Origin: Phoronis australis
Lineage: Eukaryota; Animalia; Phoronida
DNA: 64,000 nt
Assembly (NCBI GenBank): GCA_002633005.1
Contig: NMRA01000180.1
Location: 36,518 to 100,517 of the forward strand
Direction: 5' to 3'
In this document: positions 50,801 to 60,996 of the stretch, in pieces
Numbering within the stretch: position 1 is the first letter of the stretch
Layout of the letters: every line of letters starts with the position of its first letter
Made by a program: the position numbers and the translations under genes
The notes under the pieces: generated by a model
Seen by the model: only the letters and a program-made list of their open reading frames with translations
Databases searched by the model: none
What the model was told of the DNA's origin: nothing

Positions 50801-53800
50801 AACGCTGTAATGAATCGATTTACCTTTCTCGACTCGCCTCGGATTTATAACTACTTTCTATGTCAGAGGCCTCGAGTCGGAGGTAGGGACTTTTTAAGAA
50901 AACCCGAGTTATTTTTGTCAAAATAATGTTTTTACTCAAAACCAATTGAAAATTTCAACAAAACAGAAATAAAGTAAATCTATACATTAAGGTTTAGCAG
51001 CTATTATACCTTAATTAACATTATATTACGCTAAATTTGGACCGGGAAAATATCGTCTGCTAAAGTTAGTTCAGTACCACAGGTTGCTGAGTATAATGCC
51101 CAAGCCAAAGGACGATATCAAAGAACGAATGCTGGTGTCGTGTCCCGACGACACGATCCCCGCATTCAAATTGGAGACTGATCCATGATTTACAAGTGAG
51201 AGAAAATGAGAGGCAATGTTAACTGAATTAAAATATCGTTTTATGGAAATTATGCGTCTTATATTTCATAGCGTATAAATGTCGGTACAATGCCCTTCGT
51301 TAAACATGCGATTGTTGCACGTGCTCATTAAACTCGGACAGCGGTAAAACTCTGACAAGTCTAAATAAACGTCAAATATATTAACAATCAAGATGCCTTT
51401 CCACTAAATGAAAAGATTATTCACTTCATTGAACAATAGTAGGGATTTATTTATCACCTCACTTGAATTACGACAAAGTTTCAACACATATGAGGCATAC
51501 TCAGCACCTTATGTCGCTCTGCCGTCTACTTCGCGTGGTGATTTTGAAAGACTGCGGTACGTACGCTGGCTTTTCCAAGTTTTATTTAGGTCACTTGGTC
51601 ACTTGTCATGTAAATCAATTTGAATTTGAATTTTCTTGATGCATAACTCATCAGTATGCTGTTTTATGTGTTAATTTCAATAGAAGAACGCACAAAAAGC
51701 ACGCTTTAATCAAAAAACGGGTGTCCGAATTTCCCTTCCAACTTTTTGTACGATGCAGGGAATTTCGGACACCATGTTTTCAGGCTACTAGTAAACTTTT
51801 CTTGGCGTTTTCTTGAGAGTTTCCTAATCAGGTGATGACCTTCTGTGTTAAGAGGTCAATTCAAAACTTAATTTGTCAACAACAATGGCGCTGTTTACCA
51901 CATGGGTTGCACACAAATTGGTAATGGCGGATATACTTTTACGTTATTTACATGTATGTACCCAGGACATGATGATTTCTTAAATTTATTATTCATCTCA
52001 TGATAAGACAGCTAAATAATACGTAAATTCATTTTTGAAATCATAATGTTCTATTATGTGCTTTGTCCGAGTTTTACCTATTCAGAATTTGCTGGTCCGA
52101 ATTTCCCCAACAGTCTGTCCGACTTTCCCCACCTGCATCCGAATTTCCCCGATTTTGAGCATTGTTATTATTGTTAAAATTCGAAGGCATTGAAACTGAA
52201 GTACATGTATTAACAAAGTATCTCATTGGATGGTTTCTCAAAAGATTTGCGTATATCCCATTACTCGTCTAATGTTATTAGCTGACACATAAACTTTCAG
52301 TGGCAGGTAAGCAAGTCGAGCTAGGTGGTTTCGTCCGAATTTACCCGAACTTCTATTTTCACGATCGATGACGTCAGCTAAGTGGTGCAGTGGTAAATTC
52401 TACGACTCGAAACTCTTGCAGAGCGGTTTCGAAACCGGCCTCGGTTTCCCACCAACGTGTTATTTAACGGTTGTATTGGCCATTCCAGACTGACATTGTG
52501 GTATACCTTGTATAGTGCAGATAGGTTTTGTCCTGGATGTAACAGAAGAAAAATGTCGTCTAAACCAAACATTAAACGGGCATCTGCAAGTATTCGTGAA
52601 CATTCACGTCTGTTAATTCAAGTCGGGTTATTATAAAACGAATACGTTTGCAAGCTCTTCGGGCGGGTACGAATTCTTCGAATACTGTACACCTCCACCA
52701 AACGTGTGATTTGTTTTGTAATATTGTCACCATCCACTGCCGTAATCAAAAGTTTTGATCTTGTTGAGGCCCAAATGTGAAATTGTGGACTTGAAATGAG
52801 ACGCAACCATGAGGCAATTTGCAATGAACAGGATATCCAAACCCAAATTGATATGAATTGCGACCGGGGAGTATTTTGTGTGATAAACTTGGGTCCACGT
52901 GCCTGTTGTATACCCCATATCGCTTGCTCCGTGGCATCTTCTGAACCTTAAATCGATGTAGAAGATATTTACTTTAAACGAGATACGAGAATCGTCTTCC
53001 AGAGGTATGCGTGAATGAATGGTGTACGTATTTGTTTGTTTGTTTCTGTGATTGTTTGTAAATGATAATAAATACCTTAAAAAAGGATTTATAAACTGTT
53101 CTTCGTTGGTACATTATTCAGTTGACGGAGGCTGGAGCGGTTGGTCAGGTTGGTATTCATGTACAGTGCACTGCGGCGGAGGTACGCAAACACGTGTGCG
53201 CAGCTGTACAAATCCTCGACCTGCTTACGACGGTTCAACATGTCCTGGGTCTGCCAAAGAAGTACGTGACTGTAACACTCATAACTGTAGTGGTAAATAT
53301 TCACTTTCATTACTTGTTTTGATGATTTGAGATTATGGTAATCTTAAAATGTCGTCTCCTTGAAATCTTTATGCAAGAGTACTGTACATTTAAATTTCAT
53401 TCAAGCGACGAATGAAAAACTAGCATTTTATAAACGCAGTGCAGTACTAAGATAACCTAAAACATCATTTGAATAGTGTGCCATTATACAATGTACATGT
53501 AATTATAAAAATTATTTTAGTTGACGGTGGGTGGACGGACTGGAGCCATTGGTCAGACTGCTCGACGTCGTGTGGCAACGGTAATGAAAGTTCAAGTAGA
53601 AGCTGTACCAATCCTGCACCCGCACACGGCGGGCAAGGATGTGTTGGGAACGAGACGAGAATCAGGAAATGCAAACTGGAGGAATGCCCTGTAAACGGCG
53701 GTTGGAGTCATTGGAGTGACTGGGGTCCGTGCTCGATATCGTGCGGGGAGGGTACACAAACCAGCTCGCAAAACTGCAGCAACCCGGCGCCAGCCAACAG

Positions 53801-56800
53801 CGGGCTTGACTGTGTCGGAAACAGAACGAGAACAATTTCTTGCAAACTGAGCGAATGTCCAATAGATGGCGTATGGACGGCTTGGTCTGAGTGGAGTTCT
53901 TGTTCTCAGAAGTGCGGAGACGGAATCCAGAGGAGCTTCAGGAATTGTTCAGATCCAAAACCACAGCATAATGGGCTATATTGTCCAGGAGAAAACCAGC
54001 GAAATCTGTCATGCATAATCAAAAACTGTTCAATAGACGGAGGCTGGAACTCGTGGAGTCAGTGGAGCACTTGCTCCACGTCTTGTGGAGTGGGTAATCA
54101 AACAAGACATCGCAAATGTACCAGTCCTCTTCCAATGTTTGGAGGGCAGGATTGCGTAGGCAATAACTCAACAATCAGAGAGTGTAATGTTAGAGACTGT
54201 CCAATAAATGGGTCTTGGAGTGTCTGGGCTCCATGGACCGACTGTTCGACAACATGTGGTGGCGGAGTGCAAAATCGGACGAGAACGTGTACAGACCCAA
54301 CACCAAAATTTGGTGGGTGGAACTGTAGCGGTAATAATTCAGAAATACGAATTTGTGGATTAATAAACTGCCCCGTTAACGGAAGTTGGGGACCTTGGAA
54401 AGAATGGGGTCCCTGTTCCTCTTCTTGTAGTCAGGGCCTGCAAACTAGGAGCAGATTTTGTGACAGCCCAGAACCGTCGTTTGGAGGCAACAACTGTTCC
54501 GGTAACTATACTGAAGTGCGTTCGTGCATCGTGAAACATTGTCCTGTTGACGGCGAATGGGAATCTTGGAGTAACTGGGGTGGATGTTCTAGAACTTGCG
54601 GTGAAGGTATGCATTTCAGATTCAGAACATGTGGTAACCCTGCGCCACAATACGGGGGACGAAACTGCTCTGGGAACGATACCATGGCACAACAATGTAT
54701 CAAAAAGCACTGTCCAGTCGATGGAGGATGGACGCCATGGAGTGGGTGGGGTACGTGTTCTAGTAAGTGCGGCGTAGGGGTGCAGGTCAGAAACAGAACG
54801 TGTATAAATCCAGCGCCAATGTATGGAGGACAAAATTGTTCCGGCAACAATACTATAACACAGGTGTGTTTCTTAAAAGACTGTCCCGTAGACGGAAAGT
54901 GGTCAGCTTGGAGTAACTGGGGGAAATGTTCCAAAACTTGCGGTTCAGGTGTACGTGTGAGGAATAGAACATGTGACACTCCTGCACCGGAATATGGTGG
55001 AAGAAATTGTTCTGGTAACTCTACGATGATGCAGTCGTGCTTCGTAAAACATTGCCCTGTCGACGGATGTTGGGAGGATTGGAGTGAATGGGGCGCATGC
55101 TCAAGAACCTGTGGTGAAGGGATTCAGGTCCGGAATAGAAAATGCAATCGCCCGGTACCAACGTATGGAGGGCGCAATTGTTCCGGCAACAATACTTTGA
55201 CACAATCGTGCCTCGTAGCACACTGCTCAGTCGATGGAGGTTGGGGGGCTTGGAGTGAGTGGAGTGCTTGCTCAACAAGTTGTGGCGCAGGTGTTCAAGT
55301 CACCAAAAGAAGATGCGATAACCCTGCAGCAGCTTACGGTGGACACAACTGTACAGGTAATGGCACTGACACAAAATTATGCTACGTTATTGAGTGTCCC
55401 GTTGACGGCGGATGGACTTCGTGGAACGGTTGGAGTCGATGTTCACTCTCGTGTGGGACGGGGATGCAACAGAATACAAGAATGTGTTCCAATCCTGCCC
55501 CGGCTCATGGGGGAAAATATTGCATGGGAAGCAAAAGGGTTACCCGGTCGTGTCGTCTTAGACACTGTGCAGTCGATGGTGGATGGACCTCTTGGGCTGG
55601 TTGGTCGTCGTGCTCTGCATCATGCGGCAGCGGTGGACAGGAGCGCAGAAGAACGTGCACAAATCCTGAACCCGCTCATGGCGGCACAAGCTGTAATGGG
55701 AATAATACTGCAACACAAAAATGTTTTCTCCAACATTGTCCAGGTTTGTTTTCGATTAAGTAAATTACGTTGTTTCAAAAGACTGGGTTATTGGATAATT
55801 TAAATGTTGAGTTCCAAGAAGTATTTTTGTTTTTAAGAATAGAATTGTTTTATGCTAATTGAAAGCAAGTCCGAAGGTTGTTCGTCGAATTTTAACCGAA
55901 ACTAATAAAACGTTGGGTTGATGTTGGTGTAAACATTTAACCATCATAATTTTCAGTGAATGGAGGTTGGAACACTTGGAATAGGTGGGGTGCGTGCAGT
56001 GCGACATGTGGTGGCGGTGTGCAGGTCAGGAACCGCACTTGTAATAAACCTGAGCCCCAGTACAACGGAACAGACTGCGATGGTGCTGGTTCCGAAACTC
56101 TCGGCTGCAATTTCCATGATTGCCCAGGTAAAATGTTTCTACTCATCAGTCGAATCAAATCGCAATTTCTTTTTGAAATTGTCTTAACTATGTTGTTAGC
56201 ACACCATGCGCTGTAGATTTTCAACAAAATGACTTCAACTATGCGCTTTTGAAGTGAATGCATTTTTGTATTATACATGTATTTGACGAGGTGGGAATAC
56301 TTGGGGATCATGGGGAGATTGCACACTAAGTTGTGGAGGAGGTCAGCAGTTGCGTACATACAGAAGGATGTGTACATTACAAACCCTACTCCCTCCCATT
56401 ACGAGGAAGATTGCAAGGGACAAATTATCCTGGCTCCGACAAAAACTAACGAGTCTGGAGCACTCTTAACTGTAGATGTAAATATTGGCATTTATTACAT
56501 ATTTTTTAATTTGATAAAATGTTATCTTTTTGCATTTTTATGTATTAGCGTATGGCATACTTAAGGTACATTCATACTGTATGGTGAAGTGAAGAGGGTG
56601 GGATAGAAAAGTTAACTTATAACCTCGTCATACTTAACAAAGAACATGATACAATCAAAATCATTTCAGTTGACGGCGGTTGGGCTGACTGGAGCCAGTG
56701 GTCAGACTGTTCGACGTCGTGTGGCAAGGGTAACGAAAGTTCAAGTAGAACGTGCTCTGATCCTGCACCCGCTCATGGCGGGCGAAGATGTGTTGGGAAG

Positions 56801-59800
56801 GAGACGAGAATCAGGAAATGTAAGCTGAAGGAATGTCCTGTAAACGGCGGATGGAGTCAATGGAGCTACTGGAGTCCGTGCTCTAAATCGTGCGGGAAGG
56901 GTACACAAACAAGCTCCCGAAACTGCAGCAACCCGTTGCCAGCCAACAGCGGGCTTGACTGTGTCGGAAACGGTACGAGAACAAATTCTTGCAAACTGAG
57001 CGAATGTCCAATAGATGGCGTATGGACGGCTTGGTCTGAGTGGAGTTCTTGTTCTCAGAAGTGCGGAGACGGAATCCAGAGGAGCTTCAGGAATTGTTCA
57101 GATCCAGAACCACAGCATAATGGGCTATATTGTCCAGGAGATAACCAGCGAAATCGGTCATGCGTAATCAAAAACTGTTCAATAAACGGAGGCTGGAACT
57201 CGTGGAGTCAGTGGGGCACTTGCTCCACGTCTTGTGGAGTGGGTAATCAAACAAGACATCGCAAATGTACCAATCCTCTTCCAATGTTTGGAGGGCAGCA
57301 TTGCGTAGGCAATAACTCAACAGTCAGAGAGTGTAATGTTAGAGACTGTCCAGTAAATGGGTCTTGGAGTGTCTGGGCTCCATGGACCGACTGTTCGACA
57401 ACATGTGGTGGCGGAGTGCAAAATCGAACAAGAACGTGTACAGACCCAACACCAAAATTTGGTGGGTGGCACTGTAGCGGTAATAATTCAGAAATACGAA
57501 TTTGTGGATTAATAAACTGCCCCGTTAACGGAAGTTGGGGACTGTGGATCGAATGGGGTCCCTGTTCCTCTTCTTGTAACCAGGGCCTGCAAACTAGGAG
57601 GAGATTTTGTGACAGCCCAGAACCATCGTTTGGAGGCAACAACTGTTCCGGTAACTATACTGAAGTGCGTTCGTGCATCGTGAAACATTGTCCTGTTGAC
57701 GGCGAATGGGAATCTTGGAGTAATTGGGGTGGATGTTCTAGAACTTGCGGTGAAGGTATGCATTTCAGATTCAGAACATGTAGTAACCCTGCGCCACAGT
57801 ACGGGGGACGAAACTGCTCTGGGAACGACACCATGGCACAACAATGTATCAAAAAGCACTGTCCAGTCGATGGAGGATGGACGCCATGGAGTGGGTGGGG
57901 TACGTGTTCTAGTACGTGCGGTGTAGGGGTGCAGGTCAGAAATAGAACGTGTATAATTCCAGCGCCAATGTATGGAGGACAAAATTGTTCCGGCAACAAT
58001 ACTATAACACAGGTGTGTTTCTTGAAAGACTGTCCCGTAGACGGAAAGTGGTCAGCTTGGAATAACTGGGGGAAATGTTCCAAAACTTGCGGTTCAGGTG
58101 TACGTGTGAGGAATAGAACATGTGACACTCCTGCACCGGAATATGGTGGAAGAAATTGTTCTGGTAACACTACGATGATGCAGTCGTGCTTCGTAAAACA
58201 TTGCCCTGTCGACGGAGGTTGGGGTGATTGGAGTGAATGGGGCGCATGCTCAAGAACCTGTGGTGAAGGGATTCAGATCCGGAATAGAAAATGCAATCGC
58301 CCGGTACCAAGGTATGGAGGGCGCAATTGTTCCGGCAACAATACTTTGACACAGTCGTGCCTCATAGAACACTGCTCAGTCGATGGATGTTGGGGGGCTT
58401 GGAGTGAGTGGAGTGCCTGCTCAACAAGTTGTGGCGCAGGTGTTCAAGTCACCAATAGAAGATGCGATAACCCTGCAGCAGCTAACGGTGGACACAACTG
58501 TACAGGTAATGGCACTGACACAAAATTATGCTACGTTATTGAGTGTCCAGTTGACGGCGGATGGACTTCGTGGAACGGTTGGAGTCCATGTTCACTCTCG
58601 TGTGGGACGGGGATGCAACAGAATACAAGAATATGTTCCAATCCTGCCCCGGCTCATGGGGGAAATAATTGCATGGGAAGCAAAAGGGTCACACGGTCGT
58701 GTCGTCTTAGACACTGTGCAGTCGATGGTGGATGGACCTCTTGGACGGGTTGGTCGTCGTGCTCTGCATCCTGCGGCAGCGGTGGACAGGAGCGCAGAAG
58801 AACGTGCACAAATCCTGAACCCGCTCATGGCGGCACAAGCTGTAATGGGAATAATACTGCAACACAAAAATGTTTTCTCCGACATTGTCCAGGTTTGTGT
58901 CCGATTATATTAATTGGGATTTTCAAAAGACTGGACACATGGTTCTATAAAATCACGTGGTTAATGAAAATTTTGTTCTTTGATTTTAGCTGCAACCAAC
59001 AATGCGTCTGAAGTCTGCTGGTGTAAACATTGAATCATAATCATATTTTTAGTGAATGGAGGTTGGAACAGTTGGAATGAGTGGGTTGCTTGCAGTGCAA
59101 CATGTGGCGATGGTGTGCAGGTCAGGAAGCCCACTTGCAACAAACCTGAGCCCCAATATAACGGAACAGATTGCATTGGCGATGGTTCCGAAAGTTTCAG
59201 ATGCAATTTCCAAATTTGCCCAGTTAGACTTTGTCTGCTCATTTTTGAAATTGTCTATGTTGTTACCAAACCACGCGCTGTGGGTTTTCAACAAAAATTC
59301 CCAAATGTGTTCTCTTGCAGTGAATACAGGAGTTGTTTTGTAATTCAGTAAACGGGAGTTGAAATACTTGGGGATCATGGAGTGACTGCCCATTAATTTG
59401 TGACGAAGGTCAGCAGCTGAGTAATAGGACAAGTTTATGTATAACTCAACCCCCGCCCATGACGGGGATGATTGCAAAGGACCCAAAGCTTGTTATCGGG
59501 ATTGTCACAGTAACTACTGCCCAGGTATGACCTGGCAAGTGGTTGTCGACGTCACAACGGCTGAGATATATGCTACTCATTTTTCCTATTAAAAGCACCA
59601 AACAATTTGCATTTGAATTTGAATTGCGATAACTTGACAATAAGTGCGCCAACTTTCCATTACGCTCGTTCTTTTCAGTCATGATCGCTCACCTTCGCTG
59701 GCGTCAATCAATACCAAAAATCATTAGGACTAACTCGTGGTCAGGATAAGTTCATAGTACCACCATTGTCGCGACAGATCTTTTTCCTACGTTTCTGGCA

Positions 59801-60996
59801 TGATTCCGACATTTTCATAAGGTTCCCTGACTGGATTTCATCTGGTTTAGATGGGCAACACTCCCAAGACGTCATCCGGTTACGTGAATGGCATGTTTTT
59901 TTTGCAGTCGACGGTCAATGGAGTAAATGGTCAGGCTGGTCAAAATGTAGCCAGTCATGTGGAAAGGGTGAGCAGAAAAGACTGCGTAGCTGTGACGATC
60001 CTTCTAACTCTTCCGGTGGATCGGGTTGCAAAGGAGACAATAACGAAATGCGGGAATGTACAGTTGAAAAGTTTTGCGAGAAGAAAGCGTCTGACGGCAA
60101 CCCTGTCATATCACAGGCTACCCCGCGGGATAGGACGGCCAAAATAATTGCACTATCATCAACTGCTGGCGTGATGTTCGTGGCTATAGTTGTCATTCCA
60201 CCTTGCATTTTTTTCACAAGGTGAGTGTAACGCTGCCGAGAGATACATGCACAGTGAAACCTTTGCCACAGGAGTGAACTTCCTGATCGCTCTCAAACAA
60301 AATCACACTCGCAATAATACGCCACACAGAACCTTCGCTACGAGCAAAAACCTTAACCATGCTCAAATTGCCTTTAACCAAGCGTCAGTTCAAGCGCAAA
60401 AACCTCGTGGTACATGTACTTTTAAAGGTGTGTCTGCGGCGTAGTTTTAGTTCAACTTCCGTTGTTAGTGAAGATGGTGTATTTTTCCTAAAAAGGCCTT
60501 CGGCCTACATGTACATTACAAATATACAATAAACAGAGAGTACGGGATATCTAAACCACCTGTGTTCTTTATGTTGGACACATGTAGGTAAGACTTTTTT
60601 CGTGGAGAATGGCAAGGTTCCGTTGCTGTGACGTCTGCTTCCGCAGTACTTGTTTTCGGTACGTGATAAGGATTCCACTACCATCTCTGAGACTTTATAG
60701 TGCAACAACGTTATTTAAATTTCCCTCCAGTGTCTATTTTAATCATCACGATTGGTGGTTGAATATTTACATGTATGTCATGCTTTAGTTCTGGTTGACA
60801 TGAGTGCATGCTATATTTCAGGAGAAATTCATGGAAACAAAAGATCGGTTTATGCTGCACGAGAAGCCAGCTTGACTTTTCGTCTCACAATACCTCCTTC
60901 GATTCGACATTTGCCAATACCGGTGCACACAGGGAAGACAATGCAGGGCTCGGTGAAACAGGCGACATTCTAAATCTCCCCGTTATAAACGTTTAG
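37767..60996 (+). CDS. Type I membrane protein: signal peptide + PLAT/LH2 + 30 TSP1 repeats + TM + cytoplasmic tail, about 1947 aa
   Basis: Exons 37767-37821, 45569-45725, 48839-48926, 49617-49713, 50404-50574, 53122-53292, 53521-55743, 55957-56127, 56670-58892, 59908-60220, 60822-60996. All introns GT..AG with consistent phases; sum 5844 nt, open to TAG. Confidence 0.85.
41570..41920 (+). repeat. (ATC/ATT)n microsatellite tracts
   Basis: Pure CAT run at ~41851-41893 and an imperfect tract at ~41570-41705. Confidence 0.9.
43213..43990 (+). mobile_element. Interspersed element with a tRNA-like segment, copy A
   Basis: Collinear with 50611-51330 plus 52353-52505 (TACCACATACT.AACGAGAAA, ATAGCGTATAAATGTCGGTACAATG, GACTCGAAACTCTTG). 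Confidence 0.7.
43850..43925 (+). repeat. tRNA-derived segment (not a canonical tRNA gene)
   Basis: A-box-like TGGTGTAGTGG and B-box-like GGTTCAAACC at tRNA spacing; diverged second copy at ~52378-52447. Confidence 0.5.
44005..44605 (+). pseudogene. Decayed duplicate of the PLAT-TSP1 signal-peptide exon plus ~0.55 kb of intron (source ~37750-38365)
   Basis: GGAGT(A/G)ATCCAAGCATGAAGC is shared; the copy reads MKRVGHLALIFLI* from 44022 and the donor GTAAG has become TTAAG. Confidence 0.7.
44684..44772 (+). repeat. (TG)n and (CA)n microsatellites
   Basis: TGTGTGTGTGTGTG and CACACACACACACACACACAC tracts. Confidence 0.9.
45569..45725 (+). CDS. PLAT domain exon A
   Basis: TTTGCAG acceptor; YRIHVKTSDDSGPGAHHVDIMLYG...LNHEDFKRG fits the PLAT pattern Y.I.V.T......G...V.I.LYG...F.RG. 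Confidence 0.85.
46345..48365 (+). mobile_element. HINE-like element with a long diverged tandem array (~140-nt unit) in an intron
   Basis: Recurring TCAATGAAAGTTGACAC...GCAGC(A/G)CCTC.TAGTGGC motifs; GTCCGG repeats and AATATCTCAAAAACCATTGGTCGGA near the start; boundaries approximate. Confidence 0.6.
47998..48056 (-). repeat. tRNA-derived SINE head fragment
   Basis: Minus strand TGGCCCAGTG (A box) ... GGTTCGAGCC (B box). Confidence 0.5.
48839..48926 (+). CDS. PLAT domain exon B
   Basis: Long pyrimidine tract plus TAG; TDAFLIPEDCGILFKIALRQTGADWKLQA; donor GTAAGT. Confidence 0.85.
49617..49713 (+). CDS. PLAT domain exon C
   Basis: GACAG acceptor; VKITDYDRSNTQYQFHCDCSINELNPYEIKRT; phase-1 donor G|GTAGGT. 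Confidence 0.8.
50404..50574 (+). CDS. Single TSP1 exon (171 nt, phase 1-1)
   Basis: VNGGWTSFGPYTRCSTTCGTGRRTRQRSCTNPKP...CP. Confidence 0.9.
50611..52505 (+). mobile_element. Interspersed element copy B, with a ~160-nt terminal hairpin and a nested insertion
   Basis: Palindrome 50617-50778; body homologous to 43213-43990; interrupted at ~51331-52352. Confidence 0.7.
51331..52352. mobile_element. Nested DNA-transposon-like insertion with GTCCGAATTTCCC subterminal repeats
   Basis: Absent from copy A, where TCATTTAAG joins CTATTTTCACG; the motif or its reverse complement recurs at ~51722, 51758, 52065, 52096, 52117, 52138, 52333. Confidence 0.6.
53122..53292 (+). CDS. Single TSP1 exon (171 nt, phase 1-1)
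   Basis: VDGGWSGWSGWYSCTVHCGGGTQTRVRSCTNPRP...CS. Confidence 0.9.
53521..55743 (+). CDS. Giant exon with 13 TSP1 repeats, copy A
   Basis: 2223 nt = 13 x 171, open frame, WxxWxxWxxCSxTCG repeats, TTAG acceptor and G|GTTTGT donor. Confidence 0.95.
55957..56127 (+). CDS. Single TSP1 exon (171 nt, phase 1-1)
   Basis: VNGGWNTWNRWGACSATCGGGVQVRNRTCNKPEP...CP; TTTCAG acceptor, GTAAAA donor. Confidence 0.9.
56283..56430 (+). pseudogene. Decayed TSP1 exon
   Basis: NTWGSWGDCTLSCGGGQQLRT then a frameshift to TNPTPSHYEEDCKG; no AG acceptor at the expected position and the 3' end is lost. Confidence 0.7.
56670..58892 (+). CDS. Giant exon with 13 TSP1 repeats, copy B
   Basis: 2223 nt, offset 3149 nt from copy A, open frame, TTTCAG acceptor and G|GTTTGT donor. 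Confidence 0.95.
59053..59223 (+). pseudogene. TSP1 exon with open frame but defective donor (paralog of 55957-56127)
   Basis: The 171 nt are followed by TTAGAC instead of GT; the adjacent GT, 1 nt earlier, would shift the frame. Confidence 0.55.
59349..59524 (+). pseudogene. Decayed TSP1 exon with intact splice sites
   Basis: TTCAG acceptor and CAG|GTATGA donor, but TGA replaces the first Trp (VNGS*NTWGSW) and the length is 176 nt (frameshift). Confidence 0.75.
59908..60220 (+). CDS. Last TSP1 repeat, stalk and transmembrane helix exon
   Basis: VDGQWSKWSGWSKCSQSCG...; IIALSSTAGVMFVAIVVIPPCIFF hydrophobic segment; donor AG|GTGAGT, phase 2. Confidence 0.9.
60822..60996 (+). CDS. Terminal exon, cytoplasmic tail
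   Basis: TTTCAG acceptor in phase 2; RNSWKQKIGLCCTRSQ...ILNLPVINV then TAG. Confidence 0.8.

Noticed and set aside
51720-52350. NF-kB-like GAATTTCCCC motifs
   Set aside because: Imperfect matches that are better explained as transposon subterminal repeats.
53469-55763. Naming the gene hemicentin, SCO-spondin or coadhesin
   Set aside because: It lacks VWA, Ig, EGF, VWD and LDLa domains; the similarity is limited to generic TSP1 repeats, so no symbol is assigned.
54360-58913. Many overlapping alternative-frame and antisense ORFs
   Set aside because: Shadows of the repetitive TSP1 coding sequence.
3368-60996. Functional coupling of the two genes as one defence system
   Set aside because: They are divergently oriented but 30 kb apart across transposon debris; nothing in the sequence shows co-regulation.
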